In this document: positions 9,979 to 20,627 of the stretch, one piece after another | How the letters are laid out: every line of letters begins with the position of its first letter | Position numbering within the stretch: the stretch's first letter is position 1 | IMG/VR virus record: IMGVR_UViG_3300005805_000124 | Span: 1 to 50,234 of that record | Reading direction: 5' to 3' (one strand) | Length of the DNA: 50,234 bases | Source of the DNA: a virus | Lineage: Duplodnaviria > Caudoviricetes | Position numbers and translations under genes: made by a program | Notes under the pieces: model-generated | The model's database searches: none | Told to the model about the DNA's origin: nothing | The model's input: the letters and a program-made list of their open reading frames with translations, nothing else

Positions 9979-12900
9979 TTAACCTATATATGTAACAGTC
10001 CAACTGTCGTTAGAATCAAACTGTATGTTACCTGCTAAAACTTTAGTTCTTAAAGTATCGCCTATAGCTAAATTTGCTACACCCGAACTTCCAAAATGCA
10101 CTGCTGTATTTGAACTAGTGTCTGTTTCCCAGAAACAAATCACATTTGCACCACTGGTTGAATCATTCTTCAATATCGCTACTTGATTTAAACCGTTATT
10201 ATTTCCTACTCTAGCCACTAGTGTAACAGAGTATAAACCTGCTACAGGAGCTGTAAAAATACCTGTACTGGCATTTAAAGCAGAAGCTTGATTATAGTCT
10301 ACTATAAAATTTGCACCAGTAATCGTTGTGCCTACGCCAAAATAAGTACTAGTATTTCCGTAGACACGCATTGCAGGACGAGAGGGCATTCTTATACCAG
10401 ATCCAGCAATGGTTACATTACCGGTGTTATCAAAGGTATGTGTGTAAGATCCTGCCACTAAATTAACATTAGGTGTAGTACCAGTTATATTTCCTGTGAT
10501 AGAAACGTTACCAGTTACTGCTATTCCTGTATTGCTTACAGTTGCAACAATAGAACTGGCATTAGCACCTCCTGCGAAAATCTTGACAGTTTTGCCAGTA
10601 ACTGTAGTACCTATGGCTAAGTTGCCGCCGCTTTGACTTACATTGCCGACATTACCTTGTGCATACAGATAAGTATCAGCAGCGTAAACAATATTACCTA
10701 AACTATTGGTTGGGGTAGCATTATCGTATCCAGAATTTATAATACCAAAGTCACCGTAGTTTGCAGTGTCTGATCCATTATCTGCAGTTAATATGTAATC
10801 AGCAGTAGCATCTGCCCCTGTGTTTTTATTCTGGAAAGTAATCTGACTATAACTGTTTACACTTGCAACAAATCCCGCAGAGGTATTTGCAAGAGGTGTA
10901 AATGTTGGGCCCGCTAGTATTGAATTAACACCAGTGGTTGCTGCCCCAGCAACAGTTAGTATGCCGGATCCCGCCGTGCCCACTGTGACGTTAGCCTGTA
11001 ATCCAACAGCTCCGCCCGTACCGCCATAGTTTAGAGTAATATTTCTTGAACCATTTGGTCCAAGTAAATAACCGTTGCCACCAATTACAACACCTGCCAA
11101 TGCACTCTTGTTGGTGTCCGGAGATAATACAATACTCTGTTCGAAAGTAGCATACGCATTACTACCAATTTGTGTCAGTCTCGAATTAGCGTTTCCTAGA
11201 TATATGTAACCATTTATACCATTACCGGTTATAAGATTTCCAACAGTTACATTACCCGAGGTAGCAATTGTGTTAGAACCTAAAGAACTTAATAATGTAA
11301 TTACATTACTGTTGCCATAGTTTCCGCTGCCAGCAGCTATACCAGTTAATAATGCGCCGTTTCCAATAAAATAAGCTGCTGAAATATTACCAGAAGACGA
11401 AATATTTTGAACAGTTAATATATTGTCGTCTGTACGATAACTTAGATCTACATCTGCTCTTAGTATTTGGCCATTGGTTCTATCTTCTACAAATGTAGGA
11501 TAAAATACTGTACTCAATCCATTTGTATTCAAAATATCTATTGTGGCAGAATTTTCAGCAGCTATACCAGTTAGTAATGAACCATTTCCTACAAAATATT
11601 GTGCGGCAATATTACCAGTTACAGATAAATTACCACCAGTAATATTACCAGTAGTAGTAATGCCGCCATTGGCAATAAGATAGTTATGAGCAGTAATATT
11701 ACCTTCATTGGGATTACCTGATATAACAGTACTAATACTGCTAAATCCACTTAAAGAAGGAGCTGGACTTGCACCAATTGGCTGTATGCTACCTGTTATA
11801 AAAAGTGTATCATTTACTATAATATTTCCTGGAGCAGATAATGAGCCGTTAGCATCAAAATACCAAGTATAGCTTCCACTATGTATTCTAGCTTCAGGGG
11901 AAACTCCGTATTGTGCAGTAATTTCGAAACTTGTATTCTCTGATCCTAAGAAAATATTGGCCGCAGGTTGTTCTATATTACCACCTATACCAGGAGCCCG
12001 TAAATGAATATGGCCAGGAGCAGTGGGATCGAGCACAAGAACTTGGCTAGATACTGTGTCATCAGGAACAAGAGTAAGTGTAGTATATCCCAACCCGTCA
12101 CCTGAACTATTACCTGTCCATTGCATATAACCATTATTATCAACAGTTATACCCGTAATCTTTCCGCCTGTAGGTAATGATAATCCGCCATCGTTACCGA
12201 AAATCCATAACCATGTATTACCACTGATATCTGCGTCTGTTTCAATAATAGCCTGATATCCCAGTGGCGCAGTAATTCTAAAGCTAGGAGTGCCTGCACC
12301 AGGTTCATCGCCAATGAAACTATTTCCGTTAAATTGGATATAGTTAGGAACTGTCAAATCTCCATTTGTGTCAAATGTCCAAGCAGTGTTTAGATTAGCT
12401 CTAAGTTCAATATTGCCATTTGACATTAGAATAGGTGTATTAATTGCCTGTACAGTAACACCAACATTAGAATTTAATGGGCTTTGATAACTTGCACTAA
12501 AGTTCAGCGCTGGACCACCAGTATATGCGTCATAAACTATTGAAAAATCGGCATTATTGTTAAAATCACCGCTTGCAGCATTATTAACAAATATAGAGTT
12601 AGAAGTGAATGCACTATTTCCACCAGCCTTCCAGGCAGTAGTCTGTATGGTTGTATCTGTAAACGTAATTTTAGTCGTTGATAAATTGCCAGCAGAGATA
12701 TTACCATTTGTACTGATATCTACAAGTGAATTATTACTAAGAGTTGGTTGACCATTTACAGTTAAAACATTGCCTTGTCCTATGCCTAGAGCCACTCCTC
12801 CCAAATAAATTGTGTTATTAGCTACATATAAATTTGCCCATTGATTGGTAATATTTCCCAATGAGAAGGTATTATTCGAAGAAGGAATAATATTACCTGA

Positions 12901-13452
12901 CCATCCAGTTTCACTGTAAGATACTACATTTGCGTTACTATAGTTAGTTCCTAAACCAGTGGCCCCAGTGGCTCCTTCAACGCCAGTTGCACCCGTACTA
13001 CCTGTAAAACCAGTGGCGCCTGTAGATCCATCTATGCCCGCAGGTCCAGTAGCACCTGAAGATCCGCTTAATCCTGTTGCACCAGTACTTCCAGAAATGC
13101 CAGTAGCACCAGTTGCACCCACACTATCTGTAACTCCAGTTAATAGTGCACCATTACCTATAAAATATGTAGCAGAAACATTACTTAAAATTTGAACTGT
13201 GCCAGAACCTAATGGATCTAATACTATATTTGCATTACTGACTGTACCACTAATAGTTTGATCTAGAATATTTAAATTGCCAATGTTGACATTACTGTCA
13301 CTGTCCGAACTAATTTTGAAACCGCCCGCAGTGGTTCCATCATGCACGTAGAGACTCCAATCTGAAGTATCAACAGTAATTTCGCCCTCTGCACCAACGT
13401 AGGTACTGTTAACTGTAGTATTACCTCTTTTCCATTGTACTGTTTTACTCAT
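9979..13452 (-). CDS. long tail fibre / receptor-binding protein with Mtd-N-like N-terminus, collagen segment and C1q-like C-terminus
   Basis: QWKRG...GEITVDT...HDGTTAGG; Gly-X-Y repeats; YFxGNGxLLTG x3; WxFxxxGxLxxP repeats; [11 protein letters not shown]...LAIGD. Confidence 0.85.
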   Translation of the reverse strand: MSKTVQWKRGNTTVNSTYVGAEGEITVDTSDWSLYVHDGTTAGGFKISSDSDSNVNIGNLNILDQTISGTVSNANIVLDPLGSGTVQILSNVSATYFIGNGALLTGVTDSVGATGATGISGSTGATGLSGSSGATGPAGIDGSTGATGFTGSTGATGVEGATGATGLGTNYSNANVVSYSETGWSGNIIPSSNNTFSLGNITNQWANLYVANNTIYLGGVALGIGQGNVLTVNGQPTLSNNSLVDISTNGNISAGNLSTTKITFTDTTIQTTAWKAGGNSAFTSNSIFVNNAASGDFNNNADFSIVYDAYTGGPALNFSASYQSPLNSNVGVTVQAINTPILMSNGNIELRANLNTAWTFDTNGDLTVPNYIQFNGNSFIGDEPGAGTPSFRITAPLGYQAIIETDADISGNTWLWIFGNDGGLSLPTGGKITGITVDNNGYMQWTGNSSGDGLGYTTLTLVPDDTVSSQVLVLDPTAPGHIHLRAPGIGGNIEQPAANIFLGSENTSFEITAQYGVSPEARIHSGSYTWYFDANGSLSAPGNIIVNDTLFITGSIQPIGASPAPSLSGFSSISTVISGNPNEGNITAHNYLIANGGITTTGNITGGNLSVTGNIAAQYFVGNGSLLTGIAAENSATIDILNTNGLSTVFYPTFVEDRTNGQILRADVDLSYRTDDNILTVQNISSSGNISAAYFIGNGALLTGIAAGSGNYGNSNVITLLSSLGSNTIATSGNVTVGNLITGNGINGYIYLGNANSRLTQIGSNAYATFEQSIVLSPDTNKSALAGVVIGGNGYLLGPNGSRNITLNYGGTGGAVGLQANVTVGTAGSGILTVAGAATTGVNSILAGPTFTPLANTSAGFVASVNSYSQITFQNKNTGADATADYILTADNGSDTANYGDFGIINSGYDNATPTNSLGNIVYAADTYLYAQGNVGNVSQSGGNLAIGTTVTGKTVKIFAGGANASSIVATVSNTGIAVTGNVSITGNITGTTPNVNLVAGSYTHTFDNTGNVTIAGSGIRMPSRPAMRVYGNTSTYFGVGTTITGANFIVDYNQASALNASTGIFTAPVAGLYSVTLVARVGNNNGLNQVAILKNDSTSGANVICFWETDTSSNTAVHFGSSGVANLAIGDTLRTKVLAGNIQFDSNDSWTVTYIG
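12955..13119 (-). repeat. collagen-like Gly-X-Y repeat within the tail fibre
   Basis: About 18 consecutive GAT/GST-type triplets. Confidence 0.85.
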
Positions 13453-13976
13453 TATATGTTCCCAAAGTCAAAGGTAGCACTGTTTACACCATCACCTACT
13501 TGCCCTAAATCTAAATTGGCTGGCTGTGCTACAGGATAGGCTGCTGTACTTACTAGTAGTTGTCCAGCAGCCCCATAATTGTCATCAACATAGCTGGCGA
13601 CGTTAGCTGATCCCGTGTTAATTTTAATGTTGTAGGTGTACATTTCACGATCTAACTGCACCATATCTAAACTGGTTATAGTCACAGTTCCTAATCCGGC
13701 ACTAGCATTAACTACAGTTATATTGCTGCTTAAAACCACATTAGCATTTGTAAAAACATAGTCATCAACTACATTAAAAGTCATTGTGTAGGCTGACACG
13801 TTGACAGGTTTTTGATCGGAATTTTGTATTCTAATCTTTAATATATTATCTACCCCTTTGTAGATATTGATAGGTCTTGTATACACTACACGATTCCTTT
13901 GTTTTATTTCTGGATCATCATTGTCTATTTGAACCAAAACAACATTGTCATATAAATAGTTCGTTATCTGTTGCAT
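13452..13976 (-). CDS. putative baseplate/fibre-attachment protein (BppU-N-like Ig fold)
   Basis: [23 protein letters not shown] motif; lies directly upstream of the tail fibre. Confidence 0.55.
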   Translation of the reverse strand: MQQITNYLYDNVVLVQIDNDDPEIKQRNRVVYTRPINIYKGVDNILKIRIQNSDQKPVNVSAYTMTFNVVDDYVFTNANVVLSSNITVVNASAGLGTVTITSLDMVQLDREMYTYNIKINTGSANVASYVDDNYGAAGQLLVSTAAYPVAQPANLDLGQVGDGVNSATFDFGNI

Positions 13977-13980
13977 ATGG

Positions 13981-14030
13981 TATTTAGCAGATTAGGTTTT
14001 CGAAACCGATACTTATCAAATCAATAAATA
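13981..14030. promoter_or_regulatory. divergent pair of late-type TAAATA promoters
   Basis: CTAAATA on minus (13981-13987) and AATAAATA on plus (14023-14030) between divergent genes. Confidence 0.5.
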
Positions 14031-14035
14031 TTCAT

Positions 14036-14410
14036 GTGGATTTATATACAAAAAACTTACTAGATCAATACCCTTTTTTAAGCTATCTTACCTACGGCGG
14101 TAACGAATATATAGGTATCGTGCAAAATTTAGACGATGTTATAACCAGTCTTTACGATTTTAGTGTACTAAAAACTGATGAACAAAAAAAGAAGTTCTTA
14201 GAACTAGCAGAAAATTGGTGGTGGGAAAGCAATAGACTTATTCCCATTAATCTTTTTTTAAAAGGAGATTGGCTGGAATTTAGAACTACACTGAAAACTT
14301 TTAATAGTAAAGATGTAACATTGAAGTATGGTCCTGCCGTGAGCCTTAAAGAAACTAGTTTAAAACGCAGTAAAAGACGTAGTATTATGTTAGTAAGGCG
14401 TGTTTTTTAG
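14036..14410 (+). CDS. hypothetical phage protein
   Basis: 124 aa filling the gap between minus-strand genes; YPFLS, WWWESNRLIPINLFL. Confidence 0.8.
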   Translation: MDLYTKNLLDQYPFLSYLTYGGNEYIGIVQNLDDVITSLYDFSVLKTDEQKKKFLELAENWWWESNRLIPINLFLKGDWLEFRTTLKTFNSKDVTLKYGPAVSLKETSLKRSKRRSIMLVRRVF

Positions 14411-14427
14411 AATTTACGTCAATATTA

Positions 14428-14994
14428 TTACTGTTGGGATAGAAAATTCATATGTACTACTACTAGATGACTATAAGCAATGGAATGGCTATGCTTAAAA
14501 TGATATTCCCCATCAGTGGGCTGTTTCCAAACTGTTTTTGCAACATCGTCCCACTTTCGACCTATTAGATGTCTCTTTGCTGGTCTGATTACTGCAAGAA
14601 ACATTGCCATATGTTCAATACTGGTTATGGCTTCGGGCATAGCTATTAAAGTATTGTAATGACTGTTTATATGAATTAACTGCTCAGTAAATTCTTTGTC
14701 ATACAATTTGTGCCAGGATGGTTCTTTATTCATAAGATCCAATAGTTGTTGTTCATTCGTAATATTTTGATAAAAATTTACATTTAGAAAATCTAGTTTA
14801 AAGTATCCTCTTTGTTCAGCTTCTAAATAATCAATACTAGCACAACCTAAAATTGGATCTACTGGGATAGTTTGACAATATATTCCGGTAGCATGTTTAC
14901 GCTGGGATTGTTCATTACGTATTGCTGCAGGAATATACTGTATCTTAGCTAAGATATTCTGACGATCAGAAAAATCAATATCAATATCAGGCAT
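14428..14994 (-). CDS. miniature DNA polymerase III alpha (DnaE)-like protein
   Basis: PDIDIDF, KHATGIY, FKLDFL, IRPAK, FKHSHSIAY occur in DnaE order. Confidence 0.8.
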   Translation of the reverse strand: MPDIDIDFSDRQNILAKIQYIPAAIRNEQSQRKHATGIYCQTIPVDPILGCASIDYLEAEQRGYFKLDFLNVNFYQNITNEQQLLDLMNKEPSWHKLYDKEFTEQLIHINSHYNTLIAMPEAITSIEHMAMFLAVIRPAKRHLIGRKWDDVAKTVWKQPTDGEYHFKHSHSIAYSHLVVVHMNFLSQQ

Positions 14995-15751
14995 ATTCTA
15001 TTCCGGTAATATCTTCTTTGGTCAAACAGTAAGCACCACGATGAGTTACATTGATTGCTGCTGCACGATTCGCATAGTTAATTGCCCTACCAATATCCAT
15101 GGTCTGCAAATATCTTATAGTCAGTGCAGACAAAAAAGTATCTCCTGCACCACACACATCCACAACATCAACGTTACTATCGGCTGCAAAATAACTTTCT
15201 TGTTGTTCTCGAACAAACATTGCGCCTTTTTTGCCTAAAGTTACAATTAGATTTTTGGGTAATGTCTTAGCTCTGAGATATTCGGGTTCATTTATTTTTA
15301 CATATACATTAGCATGAGAAAATTTAGCTAAATCTGTTTTCTTTGTATCAATAAAAATTGGTATATCTTTGTATGTCTGACAGATATATTGCATATTATA
15401 GTAATCTAGTAATCCTTTACAGTAATCAGAAATTACCACAGCATCTGCACTATGCCCTTGTAATTTATCTATATCTATAGGTTTATTGATTTTGTCATCA
15501 TCAACTCTTACAATATGTTGCTTACTTCGATTGTCTATAAATCTACGTTTAACAGATATTTCATTTCCTGTATAAAAATTGACATCTGCATCAAATGCAG
15601 TTAATAAATTTTTTACGTTTGCAGCCATTCCCAAATTTGTAACTATATTAGATATTTGAAGAATAGGTACAGGCGCTTCTGGATTGAGTCTATCACAATC
15701 TCCATAAACATATTCATCAATGCAACTATCTCCTACTAATAAAATTTTCAA
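14987..15751 (-). CDS. heptose-7-phosphate kinase (HldE/RfaE domain I, PfkB family)
   Basis: LVGDSCIDEY, RLNPEAPVP, VISDYCKG, DVCGAGDTF; TTG start at 15751 preferred. Confidence 0.88.
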   Translation of the reverse strand: MKILLVGDSCIDEYVYGDCDRLNPEAPVPILQISNIVTNLGMAANVKNLLTAFDADVNFYTGNEISVKRRFIDNRSKQHIVRVDDDKINKPIDIDKLQGHSADAVVISDYCKGLLDYYNMQYICQTYKDIPIFIDTKKTDLAKFSHANVYVKINEPEYLRAKTLPKNLIVTLGKKGAMFVREQQESYFAADSNVDVVDVCGAGDTFLSALTIRYLQTMDIGRAINYANRAAAINVTHRGAYCLTKEDITGIEYA

Positions 15752-16130
15752 TTTTTTTTGTTGTAGAATATTCTTGGATACGGTCATAAAATTCTATTTC
15801 CTTGCAATGATGTAAACCAATGATTTTTTTATTTTTATAATCCGATCCCTTAATCATTAAATCGGGTTGGTATTCTTTTATAAGACTTTCTAGTTCGTTA
15901 TCACTAGTAAACACTTCTACACGATCCACATAGCGTAAAGATTGTAGTAAAGTTAAACGTTCATATTCATTGTTGAATGGTCTGTTATTGCCCTTTAGAT
16001 ATCGTATTCTTTGATCACTATCCAGTAACACTAACACAAAACTATCGGCATAGGATTTTGCATGTTTTAATAATTTAAGATGTCCTAGATGTAATACATC
16101 AAAACAACCATTAACTACTATTTTTTTCAT
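15726..16130 (-). CDS. heptose-1-phosphate adenylyltransferase (HldE/RfaE domain II)
   Basis: NGCFDVLHLGH, DSD...LKG..RP, KGSDY, YSTT. Confidence 0.88.
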   Translation of the reverse strand: MKKIVVNGCFDVLHLGHLKLLKHAKSYADSFVLVLLDSDQRIRYLKGNNRPFNNEYERLTLLQSLRYVDRVEVFTSDNELESLIKEYQPDLMIKGSDYKNKKIIGLHHCKEIEFYDRIQEYSTTKKIENFISRR

Positions 16131-16905
16131 GTAAGGTCTTAGTTAATTTAGTTAAATTTGCACAGGTATATGCTTGATATTGTAAACGTAAACTGTGCGG
16201 CATGTCAATATATTCGATTACCGCTGAAAATTTATCTGCTATCTCTCTGGCAATTTGTTCGAAACTTTTAGGTTGTCCAGTTCCTATATTCCAAATACCC
16301 GATTCTTTTACATCAAAAAACTCTAAATGTGTTTCTATTACTTTATTCACTGGAACAAAATCTCTAAAGTAACTATCTGACTGCTGAAATAATTGTATTT
16401 TACCTGTAGTGATTGCCTGTTGTACAAATTTGTGATAGGGACTAGCCTGATCACCTTTATGATCTTCGTGTGGACCGTATACATTAAAATATCTAAATCC
16501 CTGTATACGCGGGTCAGATTGGTTTAAATTTTTTAATTTATCTAGGACATGTCTATCAAAAAGATACTTGCTCCAAGCATAGGGACTTCTTGGATTCACT
16601 GCTGCAGACTCCGCAAAATCTTTAGAAACACCATATACACTTGCACTGCTAGCATATTGTAAATTTACATTATTTGCTATACATCTATCTAGTAGATCTA
16701 CACTATAATCTAAGTTCTGTTTTAAAACTAATTCTACATCAGTCTCTGTAGTGCTAGTTATTGCCCCTAGATGAATAACCCAATCAAAATCTCTTAAATT
16801 AGGTAAAGCATCATCACGATCACAGCCTATTACCCAATGATCCGACAATGCCGGTATTAGGTTTTTTGCTATGAATCCCTTGGCTCCTGTTACAAGAATT
16901 TTCAT
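16111..16905 (-). CDS. hldD: ADP-L-glycero-D-manno-heptose 6-epimerase
   Basis: VTGAKGFI, HLGAITSTT, YASSASVYG, YAWSK, GFRYFNVYGPHEDHKG. Confidence 0.88.
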   Translation of the reverse strand: MKILVTGAKGFIAKNLIPALSDHWVIGCDRDDALPNLRDFDWVIHLGAITSTTETDVELVLKQNLDYSVDLLDRCIANNVNLQYASSASVYGVSKDFAESAAVNPRSPYAWSKYLFDRHVLDKLKNLNQSDPRIQGFRYFNVYGPHEDHKGDQASPYHKFVQQAITTGKIQLFQQSDSYFRDFVPVNKVIETHLEFFDVKESGIWNIGTGQPKSFEQIAREIADKFSAVIEYIDMPHSLRLQYQAYTCANLTKLTKTLHEKNSS

Positions 16906-17258
16906 AATTGACTATCCCCGGGCATGATTCGATAGTTATCCTCTATACTATCGGGACTACTGACTTCTAAAATTCTCCCAGCTTCAAGACAAATTAATTG
17001 ATGAGGGACCAAAACTTTGTTATGCCAAGTATCTCCTACATTAAGAATTGTGTTCGAGATTTGACAATCCGAAGTGTTCATCCAGACTACGCGGAATTGG
17101 CCCTCTAATATATACCAGGATTCTTCTTTGTCCGCATGAAAATGTAGACTACATTTAGCATCTTTATTAAAATGTAAAATTTTTCCGCAGTAGCGATCTG
17201 TACTAGCAAAGATAAGTTCGTGTCCCCAACCTTTTTCTATTAGACCTTGCTGCCTCAT
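16902..17258 (-). CDS. cupin-domain protein (sugar isomerase-like)
   Basis: KGWGHE, SLHFHADKEE, VPH, LEVS. Confidence 0.75.
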   Translation of the reverse strand: MRQQGLIEKGWGHELIFASTDRYCGKILHFNKDAKCSLHFHADKEESWYILEGQFRVVWMNTSDCQISNTILNVGDTWHNKVLVPHQLICLEAGRILEVSSPDSIEDNYRIMPGDSQL

Positions 17259-17938
17259 AATTCTGCCTTTTTTAATATCATTTTACACCATTCAGTATCT
17301 GATAGATAATCTTTAAATTTCTTTTGCCAAAAATCGGGATCAATCCATGGCATTAGTCTTTGCAGTTGTTCTTCATTGCAGTTATCAAGCCATATAATTC
17401 CACTACTACAATTGTAAACAACCCAAGGGCTAATCCGTCCGGTTGATACATGATGACATATGAGGTTAGAATTGCCAAAGCGGAAATAATTGTAAAAACA
17501 GCTCTGTAGTGTTGTGTCATTTTCAGCATAGTTTTGCATTTCCTTTAAAGATCTTTCAATAGCATCTTGAACCGATTCCTTACGAAGATACTCTCTGACC
17601 CATTGTTCATAAAGCATATCCTTGGTCCAATAATCTAGTTTATGATTATTTTTCAATAACCAATCTGTAAAATTAGCAGCATTTATACATCTTACATCAG
17701 ACAAATACCTTCCAAATCTCACAAAGGCAAGATAGAATGTACTCTTAGAAAATTCCTCGTAGGTTTTTAGTTTAGCACTTCCTTGTGTAGTTTCATAAAA
17801 TTTTAGGTATGCTTTATATCCTAATTGAACGCCTTGTTCTTGTTGCTGCTGATGTCTGCGTTTAGGTTCACAAAGATGAACCTGTAAGGTAGACTCTCTT
17901 ACATAGGTTTTATTACAAAAACGACAGCTAAAACTCAT
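17255..17938 (-). CDS. hypothetical protein with N-terminal zinc finger
   Basis: CRFC-x12-HLC; 227 aa. Confidence 0.7.
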   Translation of the reverse strand: MSFSCRFCNKTYVRESTLQVHLCEPKRRHQQQQEQGVQLGYKAYLKFYETTQGSAKLKTYEEFSKSTFYLAFVRFGRYLSDVRCINAANFTDWLLKNNHKLDYWTKDMLYEQWVREYLRKESVQDAIERSLKEMQNYAENDTTLQSCFYNYFRFGNSNLICHHVSTGRISPWVVYNCSSGIIWLDNCNEEQLQRLMPWIDPDFWQKKFKDYLSDTEWCKMILKKAEL

Positions 17939-18396
17939 CCCAAAGCCTTTTTTATGTCTGAGTCGCTGTAACCCATCTCCTCTGCCAGCTGACGAATTTC
18001 TTTTTTATCTGACAGTTTGGCTAACAGTTCTATATCAGCAATTTTCATGTCGGGATAAAGTTTTGCGAGAAATTTGTATAGTTTATTATCGCCTTCCTTT
18101 CGTTTACTAGCTTGCCAATAGTGTTTTTGTGTTCCGATTCCGGGACTTACAGTAGTGCATAGTAACCACTGCAGTTTGGTGTGTTTATTTAAATCGAAAA
18201 AGTTTTTATTTAGACGTTCGTTAGTGGCACGTATATACCATTCTTGTATATCTGCATTGCCTTCTACACTGGCACCATATCTTAGCATGAGGTATGTACT
18301 AAATTTTCGTTGTTCTTCTTCGCTAAGTTCATCATAAAACTGTCGATTTTTTTGATCGAACTCACGCATTTCATTTTGTATATGTAGTTTGTCCAT
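17935..18396 (-). CDS. putative clamp-loader small subunit (T4 gp62-like)
   Basis: KFSTYLMLRY...ATNERLN...LQWLL...HYW pattern recalled for gp62-like proteins; size and context fit. Confidence 0.5.
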   Translation of the reverse strand: MDKLHIQNEMREFDQKNRQFYDELSEEEQRKFSTYLMLRYGASVEGNADIQEWYIRATNERLNKNFFDLNKHTKLQWLLCTTVSPGIGTQKHYWQASKRKEGDNKLYKFLAKLYPDMKIADIELLAKLSDKKEIRQLAEEMGYSDSDIKKALG

Positions 18397-18643
18397 CTTC
18401 TTTTATTAAATGATAAAGAGCCCAGACCTGTTGTATTGCTTCCTTAAGTGCAGGACGAGTTTCCGCAAGTTGATTTATGTATATCCATTCCTGTAATGTA
18501 ATATTATACTTTAATCCATCCATAGGGTCAACTCTGGGTGTGACATTTGTAGCTATTAATGTTCTATGTGTATCGCCTATTTTTCTACTATAAATGGTGC
18601 GACCACCGTCGGGACTCTCCAGTATTTCATTATTATTGCTCAT
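18371..18643 (-). CDS. hypothetical protein
   Basis: ESPDGGRTIY motif; start moved to the ATG at 18643. Confidence 0.7.
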   Translation of the reverse strand: MSNNNEILESPDGGRTIYSRKIGDTHRTLIATNVTPRVDPMDGLKYNITLQEWIYINQLAETRPALKEAIQQVWALYHLIKEDGQTTYTK

Positions 18644-18650
18644 TCTTGGT

Positions 18651-19154
18651 CTACCAACATTTACTGTAGTTAACCACTTCACTTTGACGACTTATATCAC
18701 GTACAAAATAAACGCATAGTGGTTTCTCAGTATTTTGATCCAAGGGTATAGCCAACATCTGTCCGGGTTTAAGTTTTGGAAAATACCATTTAACGTCTTG
18801 ATAAATATCCACTACTTCGATAGGGAAAAAACTAGGACGAAAACTAGATATAGGGTTAAATGCAAATGCACTGAATCCTCGATCATTAAGACTGGTAAGA
18901 GGAACTACTTCTAGATCTCCAAGATCGTGTTCTCCGATTAACATCTGCCAATCAATTGGCATCTGTATTTCGTGAGGCCCAATTCTTAGTACCAATGCAG
19001 GGCTATTAAAACTTTCTAAGAAGATTAAGGGAATAAAAAAGTAGTCGGGATCTTTGGGATCACTGTTATCCAATACACAGAACCTAATATCGTCGACTTC
19101 TTCTGGTATACTGCTAAGGTCATAACTGTTATTATCTAAGGTCAATAGTCTCAT
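18651..19154 (-). CDS. hypothetical all-beta protein
   Basis: 167 aa, downstream of the UvsW-like gene. Confidence 0.75.
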   Translation of the reverse strand: MRLLTLDNNSYDLSSIPEEVDDIRFCVLDNSDPKDPDYFFIPLIFLESFNSPALVLRIGPHEIQMPIDWQMLIGEHDLGDLEVVPLTSLNDRGFSAFAFNPISSFRPSFFPIEVVDIYQDVKWYFPKLKPGQMLAIPLDQNTEKPLCVYFVRDISRQSEVVNYSKCW

Positions 19155-19166
19155 TTTTTTTCTTTC

Positions 19167-20627
19167 TCATTGATTCCATACTACTTTTTCTACAGTGAAG
19201 GGATATTGCGCTTCACGATAAAAAGTTTTACGTTTTGTTAAATGTCTTTTTGCAAATTTACAAGTACTGGTAATATCCCAAATTTCTACATGATCCTTGT
19301 CTTCAGCACGTCTAATGCCTCGCCCAATACTTTGTATAACCCTAACAAAGCTTTTTCCGGGTTCCAAAAGAACCAAATTAAAAATCCTAGGAATATTAAT
19401 ACCCACACTGGCCACACCATAAGTCGCCACAATAACCTTGTTATCACTGATTGCCACTTGATCATATTCTTCTTTTCTATTAGTTGCTTTAGTCGAACCA
19501 CTGACAAACACAGCATCAGGTATTAGTTTAGTTAATTGTTTCCCGGGTTCTACTCGATCGACTAATACTAATGTATTGCCGTTTTGTCTAATGCGCTCGA
19601 TAACTTTACTTATGTGAATTATGCGAGCCTCATTCTCTAATAGATATCGCAACTCATCTTGATAATTTTTATATTCCACGTAGTCTGTTAATTGTAAGAT
19701 ATTTACATGGCAACGTGCCAGGTGTCCTGCTTCCTGTAGTTCATTTGCACTTAATTTACCTACAACCTCACCAATACAACATCGGAGACTCATACTGGCA
19801 TATTCTTCCTTAGGGATTGTGCCAGTCAATCCCCACCTAATAGGAACATTGGCAAATACACCACTTAACAACGTTTTTAAGGCCTCTGCTTTAGCACTAT
19901 GAGCCTCATCTACCATTACACAGACAACATTCTCTAAGAGATCATTGATGGTAAAATCTCCCAGCCCATTTTTGTTATTTTTTACTAAAGAATTTAGACT
20001 TTGCCAGGTACAGATTATGTGTTTATTGACATAATCTTTGCGATCACCAAATAATACACCAACATCTAAACCTAAATTATTATAATCAGCTTCGGTTTGT
20101 GTAACTAAGCTTTTACTGGGAACAATAATTATGGATCTACCATAGCTTTGAACTTTTTCAGATAGCACCGCTGTCATAATTGTCTTGCCCGAACCAGTTG
20201 CTACTTCCTGAATACATTGAGCATTACTTAAAAATCTGTTAATAATTTCTACTTGATAGTCCCGTAGTTCAATAGGTTCCCCTTGCTTTGGATGTAGCTT
20301 GGGCCACACTTTGTGATTGTAACTGGTCAGAGTCACTGGTGCGAATTCAAAATTTGTACGATAATTTCTGGTATCTATAACTTCGATATCTATGTGGTTT
20401 TGTTCTAGTACAGGTAGAATTTCTGGCAGTAGATTAATAAATGTAGTCCCGCCTAAACTAAAGAATCCTACTTTACCATCCCATCTTCCTAATCGAAAAC
20501 TGTGTTGATATCTTGCCCCTGGTATTTCATACTTAAATTTGTTGCTTAAGAGTTTTCTTAATGGCAGATCGAGCCCTTCGACTTTTACATTTACTTCATC
20601 TTTTATGATTAATTTACAACTGTTCAT
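19167..20627 (-). CDS. uvsW: UvsW-like superfamily 2 DNA helicase
   Basis: LRDYQ, ATGSGKT, VDEAH, GLTGT, SVGINIP, QSIGRGIR. Confidence 0.9.
   Translation of the reverse strand: MNSCKLIIKDEVNVKVEGLDLPLRKLLSNKFKYEIPGARYQHSFRLGRWDGKVGFFSLGGTTFINLLPEILPVLEQNHIDIEVIDTRNYRTNFEFAPVTLTSYNHKVWPKLHPKQGEPIELRDYQVEIINRFLSNAQCIQEVATGSGKTIMTAVLSEKVQSYGRSIIIVPSKSLVTQTEADYNNLGLDVGVLFGDRKDYVNKHIICTWQSLNSLVKNNKNGLGDFTINDLLENVVCVMVDEAHSAKAEALKTLLSGVFANVPIRWGLTGTIPKEEYASMSLRCCIGEVVGKLSANELQEAGHLARCHVNILQLTDYVEYKNYQDELRYLLENEARIIHISKVIERIRQNGNTLVLVDRVEPGKQLTKLIPDAVFVSGSTKATNRKEEYDQVAISDNKVIVATYGVASVGINIPRIFNLVLLEPGKSFVRVIQSIGRGIRRAEDKDHVEIWDITSTCKFAKRHLTKRKTFYREAQYPFTVEKVVWNQ

Noticed and set aside
9979-13452. 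Diversity-generating retroelement target, suggested by the Mtd-like N-terminus
   Set aside because: No reverse transcriptase and no template/variable repeat pair seen in the window; the tip is C1q-like.
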